Source: Verrucomicrobiia bacterium
GTDB lineage: Bacteria > Zixibacteria > MSB-5A5 > DSPP01
Length of the DNA stretch: 64,000 nucleotides
Direction of reading: 5' to 3'
Assembly: GCA_035574275.1 (NCBI GenBank)
Contig: DATLYY010000003.1
Location: 20,482-84,481, forward strand
The position numbers were made by a program, and so were the translations under genes. Below the pieces are notes generated by a model. It ran no database searches, was not told the origin of the DNA, and worked only from the letters and a program-made list of their open reading frames with translations. This document shows positions 1 to 9,500 of the stretch, piece after piece. Numbering within the stretch: the stretch's first letter is position 1; each line of letters begins with the position of its first letter.

Positions 1-541
1 TTCCATTCCAAAAGGTCATCTGCGCCCCGTTGTGGAGCGGATAGCGGAGCGCCTTGCGCCCCAGAACGGTGACCGGCGTGGGGCGGACTTCGGCGTCGAT
101 GGCTCGCGAAACAAGGTAGGCGCGAATTTTTTCCTTGAAACTTTCGAAATATTTTTTGTCGGCGGCGGAAAGGGCCGCAAGTTTTTGCTTCAACATCCAG
201 CGGCGGTTGTCGATGCTTTTCCCCGTACCGGCGGCAAGGTCGAAGGAATAAACGCCGTCCGGCAGGTGAATTTCCACCCAGTGGACGCGCCCGGACGCCG
301 AATCCCTTTTCCCCGCGGCGTACTGGTCCAGAATCGCCACGGCCGTGTCGCCGGAGATGTAAACCCGTACGGTCCCTTCCAGCATCCCCTTGCTTTCGTA
401 GTCGATGGCCAAACTTTTGTGCGGGCGGATGTCGTAAAAACCGGCCAGCGGGGAAACCTGGCCGAAAGCCGCCGTAGCGGTTGCCAAAACAAGCAATCCG
501 AGTGCAACCAAAAACGAGCGGACTTTTCGCTCTTTTTTCAA
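1..541 (-). CDS. partial secreted hypothetical protein; signal peptide LKKERKVRSFLVALGLLVLATATAAFGQ; C-terminus lies beyond the window edge
   Basis: Hand translation of the minus strand gives an uninterrupted, GC3-biased frame from TTG at 541-539 to position 1 (about 180 codons) with a classic signal peptide. It is absent from the ORF track because it has no in-window stop. An alternative in-frame TTG lies at 559. The overlapping plus ORF 32-625 looks spurious. Confidence 0.45.
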   Translation of the reverse strand, partial: MKKERKVRSFLVALGLLVLATATAAFGQVSPLAGFYDIRPHKSLAIDYESKGMLEGTVRVYISGDTAVAILDQYAAGKRDSASGRVHWVEIHLPDGVYSFDLAAGTGKSIDNRRWMLKQKLAALSAADKKYFESFKEKIRAYLVSRAIDAEVRPTPVTVLGRKALRYPLHNGAQMTFWNG

Positions 542-563
542 AGGACCGGGCCGGCTCAAGCGT

Positions 564-1082
564 TCAGTCCAGAAAGAGGTATTGGCGCCAGCGGGTATCG
601 GAAATGCCGACGAACTGTTGGATGAAGGTGATCTGGTTGGGGCGGCGGGGGCGGCGCATAAGCGTAAAGCCGGCCTGCTCCGGGGTTTTGTCCCCCTTCA
701 AGTTGTTGCAGCGGGTGCAGGCGCAGACCAGATTTTCCCAGCTGTCGGCGCCGCCGTAAATTTTCGGGACGACGTGGTCCACGGTCATCTCCCCGTGGTT
801 TTGTCCGCAGTACTGGCAGGTGTGGCCGTCCCGCTTGATGACGTTTTTGCGGGTGAGTAGTATCCTTTTCTGCGGGACTTTGATGTAAAGCCCCAGCCGG
901 ACGATGGAGGGAATCGGAAAGGCGCGGGAGACCGAGCGGACGGTGAGCCCGTCGGCGGTCTCCACGATTTCGGCTTTGCCCATAAAGACCAGCACCACCG
1001 CCCGCCTTACCGAGCAGACCGAAAGCGGCTCGTAGTTCTGGTTGAGCACCAATACATTCCCCGTCAGCATAGATTCGCGCAC
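564..1082 (-). CDS. HNH endonuclease family protein
   Basis: The 172-aa product carries the HNH core DHVVPKIYGG...WENL...C..CN..K plus CxxC pairs, as in small HNH nucleases. Confidence 0.8.
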   Translation of the reverse strand: MRESMLTGNVLVLNQNYEPLSVCSVRRAVVLVFMGKAEIVETADGLTVRSVSRAFPIPSIVRLGLYIKVPQKRILLTRKNVIKRDGHTCQYCGQNHGEMTVDHVVPKIYGGADSWENLVCACTRCNNLKGDKTPEQAGFTLMRRPRRPNQITFIQQFVGISDTRWRQYLFLD

Positions 1083-1099
1083 CGTTCAGTGTATTAAAT

Positions 1100-1123
1100 T
1101 TATCGGCAGAGGGGCGTTTGTCA
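1100..1123 (-). promoter_or_regulatory. putative sigma70-type promoter for the HNH gene (-35 TTGACA)
   Basis: The minus strand reads TTGACA-N16/17-TAAATT about 25 nt upstream of the ATG at 1082. Confidence 0.3.
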
Positions 1124-1262
1124 AATATCGGAGGGAGGAAATACCCCCCGATTTGACATTTCAGACATCATTGAGACGATGGGATACTTCACTTCACTTC
1201 GCTTCCCTTCCCTTTGCTCGGGGTAACCGCTCAAAATGCCAAGGCGAAGAAATGAGGTTAGG

Positions 1263-2101
1263 CTACCCCGTCGGAGCGTAGGAGATTTCCGTTTCCACTT
1301 TCGGCTTGAAGGCGGGAAGAAGATAGGCGATCGCGAAAACGGAGAAGTAGGACTGCATCAGAACAAGGATTACGAAATAGGTGCCGGAAAAAAGGCGCGG
1401 CATGCCGGGTCGGTTGAAAACCAGGGCTCCCAAAAGGTTCAAGAAGAAGAAGAGCATAAAAGCCACCCAATACAATTTGAAAACCGGACGGGAAAAAAAG
1501 ATCTTGAAGCCGGCCCCCAAAGAGCTCCAAAGCCCTTTGTCCGTCAAAACAAGGGCAAGCATTGCGGCGACGATAATCAAGATGAAAGCTTCGGCCAACA
1601 GGGTGCTGAAAAACTCGCCAAAGAACAGTCCAAGGCCGGTATCCGACGGCGGCTGGGAAAGCTGTTCCTCCAAGGCGGAAATATCCCCGCTGCCAATGCT
1701 GGTAGCCAAAAAGCCAAAAACCATCACCACCACAACCAAAAACAAAAGAACGGCCAAAAGAAACAGAAGCAAAAGATTGAAAAGCAGAAGCCGCCCGTAG
1801 CTTTTAACCGCCCAGGTTTTAAACAGGCCCCAGTCGGTCGCCCCGCCAGAAAAATGGGCCAGTTCGCCGATTACTCCGCCGTAAGCAAAAGGCCAGACGA
1901 AAAGAGCCAAAAGCGCATACAGAAGAAAATAGCCGAAGAATTTCAGCACCAGACCGGGCGTTGCCGTAGCGGGGTCCTGAAACTGCCCGGCGGAAAGCAT
2001 GATGCCGACCACCGGCAGACCCAAAAAGAAAAACAAAAGCGGATAGACCAACCGGCGGTTGGTCAAATCGAAGGCCTCGGCGGCCCGCTGGGCAAACATC
2101 G
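1263..2101 (-). CDS. polytopic inner-membrane protein of unknown function
   Basis: Six or more hydrophobic helices. The long ORF reaches 2228, but the first 43 codons overlap the lapA promoter/start, so the start is more likely the internal Met at 2101 (MFAQRAAEAF...). Confidence 0.5.
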
Positions 2102-2151
2102 GCAAGCGGAAGTTACGCGCTTCCCTTGGGCTGTCAAGAACGGAAATAAGG

Positions 2152-2190
2152 GTTTGACAAAAACTTCCTTCAGCCGTAAAATTGACCCAT
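2152..2190 (+). promoter_or_regulatory. sigma70-like promoter, TTGACA at 2152-2157 and TAAAAT at 2177-2182, placed for a leaderless lapA transcript
   Basis: The -10 hexamer ends 8 nt before ATG 2191, matching the TTGACA-spacer-TAnAAA-N7-ATG architecture seen at 32332, 35505 and 46858. Confidence 0.4.
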
Positions 2191-2493
2191 ATGTGGGCGA
2201 TGCGCGTTTTGCTTTTGCTGGTGGTCATCGTTGTAATCGTCGGGTTTTCGATTTACAATTCAGCCCAGCGGGTCGCCGTGCATCTGATTATCGCCTCGTA
2301 CGAAAACGTCCCGATGATTGTGGTCACCTATTGGGCTTTCGTTCTGGGCATGCTGGTTTCCTTTTTGTTGGGCATCGCCTATTACCTGCGCATCACCAAC
2401 CAGATGCGGGAGCATGAAAAGGACAACAAGCGGATGGCCGCGGAGCTGACCGCTTTGCGCAACCGGCCGATTGACACGCCGGAGGAAGTGTGA
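2191..2493 (+). CDS. lapA: LapA/YciS-like small inner-membrane protein (DUF1049): two TM helices plus a C-terminal coiled coil
   Basis: Two N-terminal TM helices with a charged/coiled C-terminus. It lies immediately upstream of lapB and overlaps it by 4 nt, as in the enterobacterial lapAB operon. Alternative starts are 2182 (TTG) and 2200. Confidence 0.6.
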   Translation: MWAMRVLLLLVVIVVIVGFSIYNSAQRVAVHLIIASYENVPMIVVTYWAFVLGMLVSFLLGIAYYLRITNQMREHEKDNKRMAAELTALRNRPIDTPEEV

Positions 2494-3686
2494 TGGAAAT
2501 CGATCTTTCCATTTGGCACTTGATCGTTCTCGGCCTTCTGGCCTTGGGCACGGCCTACCTTTTGATCTGGTACTGGAAAAAACTGGGGAAGCGCCGGGAG
2601 ATGCTCACCCCCACGCTCTACCTGGATGCGTTGAAAAATCTCCTTTCCGGCGAGGAAAGCCTGGCCTATCAGAAGCTGAAAATGGTGGTGGCCTCCGATT
2701 CCGGCAACGTGGACGCTTACCTGCGGCTGGGGGACATTCTGCGGCATAGGCGCCAGCTGGAGCGGGCGATCCAAATCCACCGCGATTTGCTCTTGCGCCC
2801 CAATTTGACGGAAAACGAGAGGGGGCTCGTTTTGAAAAGTTTGGCCGCCGATTATCTCGACGCCCGGGATTGGGATTCCGCCGTAAAGACGCTCGAGGAA
2901 TTGTCCGGGCTTTCGGGGTACGACGCCTGGTCGGCGGAAAAGCTGGCCTCCGCCTACGAACGAAAGAAAAACTGGGAAGAGGCCAAGAAGGCCTACGCCA
3001 AGTACCTGAAGCTGAAAAACGAAAAGAATATCTCGTATCTCGCCAAATTTCACCTCCTGGCCGGGCGGGACTTTGCGGAGAAAAAAGAATATCACAAGGC
3101 CCGGCTGGAGTACAAGGAGGCCTTGAACTTCGACGAAAAACTGGACATTCCCTACCTCTACATCGCCGACAGCTACCAGATTGAACGGCGAATCGAGGAC
3201 GCCATCGAGTTCTGGAAAAAGTTTCTGGCCGTCTCGCCGCAATTGGGTTTTTTGGTTTACCCCAAACTGGAACGGGCCTACTTTGAACTGGGAAAGTTCG
3301 GCGACATCACCGAGGTGTACAGCGAGGTCTTGCAGAAAGACGCCAAAAACAGCTATGCGCTCTTGGGGCTGGCACGGATTCTGGAAAAACGGGGGCGCGC
3401 CAACCAGGCCATGGAGCAGTATTCCTCCATTTTGGAGAACGACCCGGGATTTGCCCCCGCCCGGCAGGCCCTCGCCCGGCTGCTTTTGGAGCAGAAACGT
3501 CCCTCGGAGGCCCTGCGGGAGACCGAGTTTCTACTGGAGCATCTCGCCGTGATGCGGGAGGAATTTTACTGCGCCCGCTGCGGCCAGACCAGTTCGGACT
3601 ATTTCTTTTTGTGCGGCAACTGCGACGCCTACCGTTCCGCCCGGCTGGAAACGGCCGTCAAACAAAACCCGGCGCCACCCGATTAG
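2490..3686 (+). CDS. lapB: LapB/YciM-like LPS assembly regulator: N-terminal TM, TPR repeats, C-terminal rubredoxin-type zinc ribbon
   Basis: N-terminal TM (LIVLGLLALGTAYLLIWYW), multiple TPR units, and C-terminal CARCGQ...CGNCDAY (CxxC-x17-CxxC), matching the LapB architecture. Confidence 0.75.
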   Translation: MMEIDLSIWHLIVLGLLALGTAYLLIWYWKKLGKRREMLTPTLYLDALKNLLSGEESLAYQKLKMVVASDSGNVDAYLRLGDILRHRRQLERAIQIHRDLLLRPNLTENERGLVLKSLAADYLDARDWDSAVKTLEELSGLSGYDAWSAEKLASAYERKKNWEEAKKAYAKYLKLKNEKNISYLAKFHLLAGRDFAEKKEYHKARLEYKEALNFDEKLDIPYLYIADSYQIERRIEDAIEFWKKFLAVSPQLGFLVYPKLERAYFELGKFGDITEVYSEVLQKDAKNSYALLGLARILEKRGRANQAMEQYSSILENDPGFAPARQALARLLLEQKRPSEALRETEFLLEHLAVMREEFYCARCGQTSSDYFFLCGNCDAYRSARLETAVKQNPAPPD

Positions 3687-3689
3687 GTT

Positions 3690-4673
3690 ATGAAAACAGC
3701 AACATTAAAAGGACTGCTCATCCTGTCGGCGGCCCTCCCGCTCTTCTTTTCCCCGTCAGAGGCCAAACCGAACCTTACCTCCGCCTGGCAGGAGTATTAC
3801 AGGGGAGCCTTTCACAAGGCCTCGGAGAAGTTGCGCGATTTCATGCGTGACACCGCAACGGCCGAGGCGCACTTTTTGGCCGCCAAGCTGGAGCCGGACG
3901 GGGAGCGGGCCAGGGAGTTTTTGGAAAAGGCGCTGGAGGATCCCGCCCGCGGGGAGTTTTTCCGCCGGGCTCTGGCAGAACTTTCGCAATATTACCTGAC
4001 GACAAAAAACTACGGCGCCGTGATTCAGTTGAAGGAGCGCTTCCCCTCCTTTTTCGAGGGGAAATCGTTCAACCCGGAACTGGCCTGCTACCTCTCCAAG
4101 GCCTACCGCCTTTTGGGGCGGCGGGAGCTTGGGCTTAAGTGCTCGGAACAAATACTGTCCACCTACCCTTCCCACCCGATTGCCGGCTGGGCCGGGCTCG
4201 AAAAGGGGCTTGGTCTGTTGGGCACCAAAAAATCGGAGGAGGGGATTGCCGAATTCCGCAAGCTGGTGGGGCGCGGCGGCAACGAGGAGGTTGCCGTGGC
4301 ACTCCTATTGCTTTCCAAAAATCTGCCCGGGGACAAGGGGAAAATTTATTCCCGCCTTTACGAGGAAAAATTTCCCCGGGGACTGGCAAACGCCGGCCGG
4401 CCGAATGTTTCCCCCCAAACGGCTTCCGTTTCCTCCAAGCGGTACCAGATCGAAATCGGGCCGTTCGGCAGCAAAAGCGAGGCGCAGCGAGCTTATTTGA
4501 AGCTGAAGGCCGATTCCAAAAACGCCGAAATCACCGCCCGGCAGTTGAACGACCGCACCTACTATTTCATCCGCTGGGGGGATTTTTCCACCAGCGCCGC
4601 CGCCGGGCAAACCCAAAAGGAATTGGAAAAGATTTTGAAGGCCTCCTACAGCGTGGTTGAACTGGAAGGATGA
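3690..4673 (+). CDS. periplasmic TPR-like protein with a C-terminal SPOR (peptidoglycan-binding) domain
   Basis: Signal peptide, helical repeat region, and a C-terminal ~75 aa (YQIEIGPFGSKSEAQRAYLKLK...YYFIRWGDFST) typical of SPOR domains. Confidence 0.65.
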   Translation: MKTATLKGLLILSAALPLFFSPSEAKPNLTSAWQEYYRGAFHKASEKLRDFMRDTATAEAHFLAAKLEPDGERAREFLEKALEDPARGEFFRRALAELSQYYLTTKNYGAVIQLKERFPSFFEGKSFNPELACYLSKAYRLLGRRELGLKCSEQILSTYPSHPIAGWAGLEKGLGLLGTKKSEEGIAEFRKLVGRGGNEEVAVALLLLSKNLPGDKGKIYSRLYEEKFPRGLANAGRPNVSPQTASVSSKRYQIEIGPFGSKSEAQRAYLKLKADSKNAEITARQLNDRTYYFIRWGDFSTSAAAGQTQKELEKILKASYSVVELEG

Positions 4674-7255
4674 GCGAAAACCTAACCCCGCTTCTAAAGC
4701 AGTACTATCAAATAAAGCACCGCTTTCCCGACAAAATCCTTTTTTTCCGGATGGGGGATTTTTACGAAATGTTCGGCGAGGATGCCGAGCGGGCCGCCCC
4801 CGTTCTGGGAATTGCCTTGACTTCCCGCGCCCACGGCAAAAGCGAAAAAGTTCCCCTCGCCGGGGTCCCCTATCATCAGGCCGAAAAATATCTGGCCAAG
4901 CTTTTAAACGCCGGTTTCAAGGTGGTGATTTGCGAACAAACCGAGGATCCCAAGAAAGCCAAGGGGCTCGTCCGCAGGGAGGCGGTCGAAATCGTCACCC
5001 CCGGCACGTCGCTCTATGACCGGGACGAAAAGGGAACGGGAAACTTTCTGGCCGGGGTGGTTTTCAATAAAGAGAAAGTCGGCTTCGCCCGGTTGGATTT
5101 GTCCACCGGCGAGTTTTTAGTCGGCGAAGCGGAGGAATCCGGCTGGTCGGAAACCTTTTTGTTCTTGGAGCCAACCGAAGTGATTTTCCCGCAAAGCCAG
5201 AAGGAGACCATCAGCCATTTTCCGGAACTCTCCGCGGGGCGGACGCTCTCCCCCGTCGAGGATTGGAAGTTTGATTTCGGCTGGGCGGAAAAAAATCTTT
5301 CCGAAAAGCTGGGAACTTTGAACCTTTCCGGCTTCGGCGTGGAGGAGAAAAAACTGGCCGTCTCCGCCGCCGGCGGGGTGCTTTCCTACCTTTCCGAAAA
5401 TCAAATCCAGCGGCTGGAGCATCTGCGCGTAATCCGGCCGCTTTCCGATTCGGACGAAACCACGCTCGATTTTTCCACCCTGCTGCATTTGGAAATTTTC
5501 CGCACCCCCTCGGGGGACAGAACCAACACGCTGTTTGCTCATCTCGATAGAACAGCCACGCCGCAGGGCTCACGCCGTCTGGGGCGCTGGCTGCGGACGC
5601 CTCTGATCAATCCGCAAAAAATCAACGCCCGGCTTGACCGGGTGGAATCCCTCGTCAACGATCATTTTTTACGGAAGAAGCTGCACCGCTTGCTTTCGGA
5701 AGTATCCGATTTGGAAAAGCTGTCAGCCAAGCTGGGGATGGGAAAAACCGGCCCGCGGGATTTGGTCGCCATCAAAAATTCCCTGGCGATTCTGCCGGAA
5801 ATTGCCGCTCTGCTCAAGGAATCCGGCCCGCCTCTCTCCGAACTTTTGAACCATTTTCCCGATTTAAGCGCGCTTTTCAAGCTGTTCGAAAATTCCTTGA
5901 AGGACGACCCGCCGCTGGCCACCAATCAAGGCGGCATCATCAAGTCGGGCTACAGCGCGGAGCTGGACAAATTGCACGCTGGAATTTCTGACGCCAAAAA
6001 ATGGATTGCAACCCTGCAGGCACAAGAGCGCCAGCGCACCGGCATCCCCTCCCTGAAAGTGGGCTACAACAAGGTCTTCGGCTACTACATCGAAGTGACC
6101 ACCCCGCACAAGGACAAAGTGCCTTCCGATTACATCCGCAAGCAAACCTTGGTGAACGCCGAGCGGTTTATCACGGAGGAATTGAAAGAAAAAGAGGAAC
6201 TGATTCTGACCGCTGAGGAGAAAATCTTCGCCCTCGAGGAACAGCTCTTCCGCGAAGTGGAGGAAAAAAGCCGGGCTTTCATATCTCCCCTTCTCGAAAA
6301 TGCCGAGGGGACGGCGCTTTTGGATGCCGCCGTTGCGCTGGCGACCCTGGCGACCGATGAGCGCTACATCCGCCCGGAAGTTACGTCGGAGGACGAAACC
6401 ACTATTGAGGAAAGCCGCCATCCGGTTCTGGAAAAAGTCCTGCCCAAAGGAAACCTGGTGCCGAACGACATTTCCTTTGCGCCGGGGCGCCCCATTGAGA
6501 TTTTAACCGGCCCGAATATGGCCGGCAAATCCACCTATCTGCGCCAGACCGGTGTTCTGTTCCTGCTGGCGCAAATCGGCTCCTTCGTCCCGGCGAAAAA
6601 AGCCAAAATCAGGGTTGCGGACAATATTTATACCCGCGTCGGCGCCTCGGACGACATCCTGCGACACCGCTCCACTTTTTTGGTGGAAATGAGCGAAGTC
6701 GCCAACATTTTAAACAACGCCACCTCCAACAGCCTGATTTTACTGGATGAAATCGGCCGCGGCACCTCCACCTATGACGGGCTTTCCATCGCCTACGGCT
6801 TGGTGGAGTATCTCGCCGCCTTCCCAAACGGCGCACCGCGCACACTTTTTGCCACCCATTACCACGAACTGGTGGAGTTGGAGCGAAAACTCCCTTCGGT
6901 AACAAATTTGCAGGTGGAAGTGAAAGAATTCGAGCATCAGTTGATTTTTCTGCACAAAATCATTCCGGGCGGCTGTGACCGCAGTTTCGGTATCGAGGTC
7001 GCGAAGCTGGCCGGCGTGCCGCAGAAACTGGTCGAACGGGCCCGGCAGTTGTTGAAGGAGCTGGAAAGCGAGCGCATCACGTTGAACGTCCCGGCGGAGC
7101 AAACATCCGCGCCCGACCTCTCCGGCGTTAAGCTCTTTTTCGAAAAAGTCCTGAAACTGGAACCGGATCGCTTAACACCCCTCGAAGCCCTTTTCCTCAT
7201 CAACGAACTGAAAAAAGAAAGCCAAAAGCTCATCCGGGAGTTCGGTTGGAAGTAA
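4670..7255 (+). CDS. mutS: DNA mismatch repair protein MutS
   Basis: Canonical N-terminus TPLLKQYYQIKHRFPDKILFFRMGDFYEMFGEDA, Walker A GPNMAGKSTYLRQ, and the STF..E ABC signature. Overlaps the upstream gene by 4 nt. Confidence 0.95.
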   Translation: MSENLTPLLKQYYQIKHRFPDKILFFRMGDFYEMFGEDAERAAPVLGIALTSRAHGKSEKVPLAGVPYHQAEKYLAKLLNAGFKVVICEQTEDPKKAKGLVRREAVEIVTPGTSLYDRDEKGTGNFLAGVVFNKEKVGFARLDLSTGEFLVGEAEESGWSETFLFLEPTEVIFPQSQKETISHFPELSAGRTLSPVEDWKFDFGWAEKNLSEKLGTLNLSGFGVEEKKLAVSAAGGVLSYLSENQIQRLEHLRVIRPLSDSDETTLDFSTLLHLEIFRTPSGDRTNTLFAHLDRTATPQGSRRLGRWLRTPLINPQKINARLDRVESLVNDHFLRKKLHRLLSEVSDLEKLSAKLGMGKTGPRDLVAIKNSLAILPEIAALLKESGPPLSELLNHFPDLSALFKLFENSLKDDPPLATNQGGIIKSGYSAELDKLHAGISDAKKWIATLQAQERQRTGIPSLKVGYNKVFGYYIEVTTPHKDKVPSDYIRKQTLVNAERFITEELKEKEELILTAEEKIFALEEQLFREVEEKSRAFISPLLENAEGTALLDAAVALATLATDERYIRPEVTSEDETTIEESRHPVLEKVLPKGNLVPNDISFAPGRPIEILTGPNMAGKSTYLRQTGVLFLLAQIGSFVPAKKAKIRVADNIYTRVGASDDILRHRSTFLVEMSEVANILNNATSNSLILLDEIGRGTSTYDGLSIAYGLVEYLAAFPNGAPRTLFATHYHELVELERKLPSVTNLQVEVKEFEHQLIFLHKIIPGGCDRSFGIEVAKLAGVPQKLVERARQLLKELESERITLNVPAEQTSAPDLSGVKLFFEKVLKLEPDRLTPLEALFLINELKKESQKLIREFGWK

Positions 7256-9042
7256 AAACCCTTCCCGTCTTTGCGACTTCGACTGGGAAAGTCGCCAAAC
7301 TTCCGGAGAATCTGGTCAACCAGATTGCCGCCGGCGAGGTGGTGGAACGCCCCGCCTCGGTGGTCAAGGAGCTGGTGGAAAACGCATTGGATGCCGGGGC
7401 GACCGAAATCACGGTAGAAATCGAGGGGGCCGGGCACCACAAAATAAAAGTGATTGATAATGGTTCTGGGATTCCGGCGGAGGATGTTTCCACCGTTCTG
7501 GAGCGGCACGCCACCAGCAAATTGAAAAGCGCCGAGGAGTTGGAGCATATCACCACGCTCGGCTTCCGCGGCGAGGCCCTCCCCTCTATCGCCTCCGTCT
7601 CCCTTTTCGAACTCGAAACCAAAGCGAAATCCGAGCGCATAGGCACACATCTGGTGGCCGAAGCGGGAAAAATCCTGAAGGTCGAGCCGGCCGGAACCGC
7701 GGACGGCACCAAAGTGACGGTCGAACGGCTTTTCTTCAACACCCCCGCGCGGAAAAAATTTCAAAAATCGGCCGCATCCGAAAACCGCCAGATAACCGCT
7801 CTTTTGGAGCAGTATGCTTTCGCTTTTCCCGAAATCGGCTTTGAACTCGATCTCGATGGCAAAAAAATTTTGAAATCTCCCGGTCAGAATCTTTTTGAGC
7901 GGGTCTCCGATTTGGTGGGGGAGGAGCGCTACTGGGACTTGGAGCTTTTGGAAAGCAAAAAGGAAAACTCCCAGCTTATCGCCTTTTTGAAGAAGCCGGA
8001 GAAAACCACTGCCGCCCGGCCGCAGCTTTATTTTTTCATCAACCGCCGCCCCGTGCAAAGCAAACTGCTTCATCACGCCGTTGTTTCCGCCTATCGGGAC
8101 TTTCTGGAGCCCGGCAAGTCCCCGTATGCCCTCATTTATCTTTTTTTACCCTATTCGGAAGTGGACGTGAACGTCCATCCCGCCAAGGCGGAAGTCCGCT
8201 TTGCCGACGAGCGGGCCGTCTATGATTGGGTCTATCACGCCATTCGCAAAGCCCTTTCCAATCGTGGCAAGGTGCCAGTTTGGACAGGTCCCGTTCCAAG
8301 CACTGAACATTCCTTGTTGGGTAGCCCACCAGCCCCTGCTGGTGGGTTAACCGGCAATTTCTCACCGCCCGACCTTTCCTATCAGCAAAAGGTTTTTCCC
8401 TTTCCACCTTCCTCTCTAATGGGTAGTCCCCCGGCCCCTGCTGGGGGGTTGGAAAATGCTCATCCGCAACCCAACTTTTCCCCCCTCTTCTGGCAGTTTG
8501 CGGATATTTACATTCTGGCGCAGGTGAAGGGAAAACTTTTGTTAATTGACCAGCACACCGCCCATGAACGGGTTTTGTACGAAAAGATTTTGACAAATTT
8601 GGGGGAGCACAAAGCCGAATCGCAGGAACTGCTTTTTCCCGAGACGGTGGAGTTGACGCCGACCGAGCTCCAAACCTTCGTGCAGAACCAAAATTTTTTT
8701 GAATCGTTTGGTTTCGACCTTTCCCCTTTTGGCGACCGCACCCTGCTTCTTCGCGGCACTCCCCCGCTGGCTCAAAAGAAAAACCCCTCAAAATTGTTGC
8801 GCGAAATTCTGGATGATTTGGAGAGCGACAAAAAGGACTTGGAGCCCTCCAGGCGGGTGGCCCGCTCCCTGGCCTGCCATTCTGCTGTCCGCGCGGGGGA
8901 AAAGCTGACCATCGCGGAGATGGAGAATCTTTTCGATTTGCTTTTCGCCGCCGAAAACCCCTACAACTGCCCCCACGGTCGCCCCACGATTATCGAACTG
9001 CCGTTGGCGGAGATTCACCGGCGGTTTGGGCGGCCGGTGTAG
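7246..9042 (+). CDS. mutL: DNA mismatch repair protein MutL
   Basis: GHKL ATPase N-terminus (LPENLVNQIAAGEVVERPASVVKELVENALDAGAT, DNGSGI) and a C-terminal dimerisation/endonuclease region. TTG start overlaps mutS by 10 nt. Confidence 0.95.
   Translation: MEVKTLPVFATSTGKVAKLPENLVNQIAAGEVVERPASVVKELVENALDAGATEITVEIEGAGHHKIKVIDNGSGIPAEDVSTVLERHATSKLKSAEELEHITTLGFRGEALPSIASVSLFELETKAKSERIGTHLVAEAGKILKVEPAGTADGTKVTVERLFFNTPARKKFQKSAASENRQITALLEQYAFAFPEIGFELDLDGKKILKSPGQNLFERVSDLVGEERYWDLELLESKKENSQLIAFLKKPEKTTAARPQLYFFINRRPVQSKLLHHAVVSAYRDFLEPGKSPYALIYLFLPYSEVDVNVHPAKAEVRFADERAVYDWVYHAIRKALSNRGKVPVWTGPVPSTEHSLLGSPPAPAGGLTGNFSPPDLSYQQKVFPFPPSSLMGSPPAPAGGLENAHPQPNFSPLFWQFADIYILAQVKGKLLLIDQHTAHERVLYEKILTNLGEHKAESQELLFPETVELTPTELQTFVQNQNFFESFGFDLSPFGDRTLLLRGTPPLAQKKNPSKLLREILDDLESDKKDLEPSRRVARSLACHSAVRAGEKLTIAEMENLFDLLFAAENPYNCPHGRPTIIELPLAEIHRRFGRPV
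8317..8450 (+). repeat. two copies of a ~32-nt GC-rich palindromic element (core CCCACCAGCCCCTGCTGGTGGG) inserted in-frame in the mutL linker
   Basis: 8317-8348 and 8419-8450 share GGGTAG(c/t)CC(a/c)CC(a/g)GCCCCTGCTGG(t/g)GGGTT. Copy 1 is a perfect 9-bp inverted repeat with a 4-nt loop. Each copy encodes GSPPAPAGGL. Confidence 0.6.
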
Positions 9043-9290
9043 GACGGTTCGCGAACCCTCCTCCCCACTTTCTTAAAAATAGCTTTATTCGCCTTAGCCC
9101 CTCCCCAATTTTCTCTGGCTTTCCCCCTATAATTTTTAAAACCGTAAAGTAGGGATAAAACCACAGCCGTTTGCATTGTGCAAAATGGCCCAAAAGTGGC
9201 AAGTCCGGCTTGGACTTACGACTGCACTCTCAAGCACCCCTTTCCGGCATACCCCTTGCCCAACTATTGGCGGGATAAAAGAGGGGGAAA

Positions 9291-9482
9291 ATGCAAGAAG
9301 AAAAAGGGGTCTTAAGCTGGACGGGATTTTTGGGAAAACTGGTGACCATTCTGGGAGCCATCTTTCTCATTCTGGTCGTTTTATCCTGGCTGCGCTGCGG
9401 CGCCCGCCCGTCCGGGAGCCAACCCGTATCGGAAACCCGCCTTCAACATTCCGGTGTAACCGGGTTCTTGCATATCCGCTGA
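9291..9482 (+). CDS. small hydrophobic protein (63 aa) upstream of the M6 protease gene; existence uncertain
   Basis: SD-like AGAGGGGG lies 5 nt before the ATG, followed by one predicted TM helix. There are no recognisable motifs and it may be spurious. Confidence 0.25.
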   Translation: MQEEKGVLSWTGFLGKLVTILGAIFLILVVLSWLRCGARPSGSQPVSETRLQHSGVTGFLHIR

Positions 9483-9500
9483 TTCTCGAAAGGGGAACTT

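Noticed and set aside
32-625. 197-aa plus-strand ORF at the left edge
   Set aside because: No motifs and poor codon periodicity. The minus strand over the same region encodes a protein with a clean signal peptide in an uninterrupted frame.
1236-2417. 393-aa plus-strand ORF rich in KQK/Q repeats
   Set aside because: It is antisense to a well-formed polytopic membrane protein and has a low-complexity composition typical of high-GC shadow ORFs.
9043-9062. GGTTCGCGAACC palindrome after the mutL stop, superficially tRNA T-arm-like
   Set aside because: No cloverleaf can be built around it. It is a simple 12-nt palindrome, probably an RNA hairpin at the operon end.
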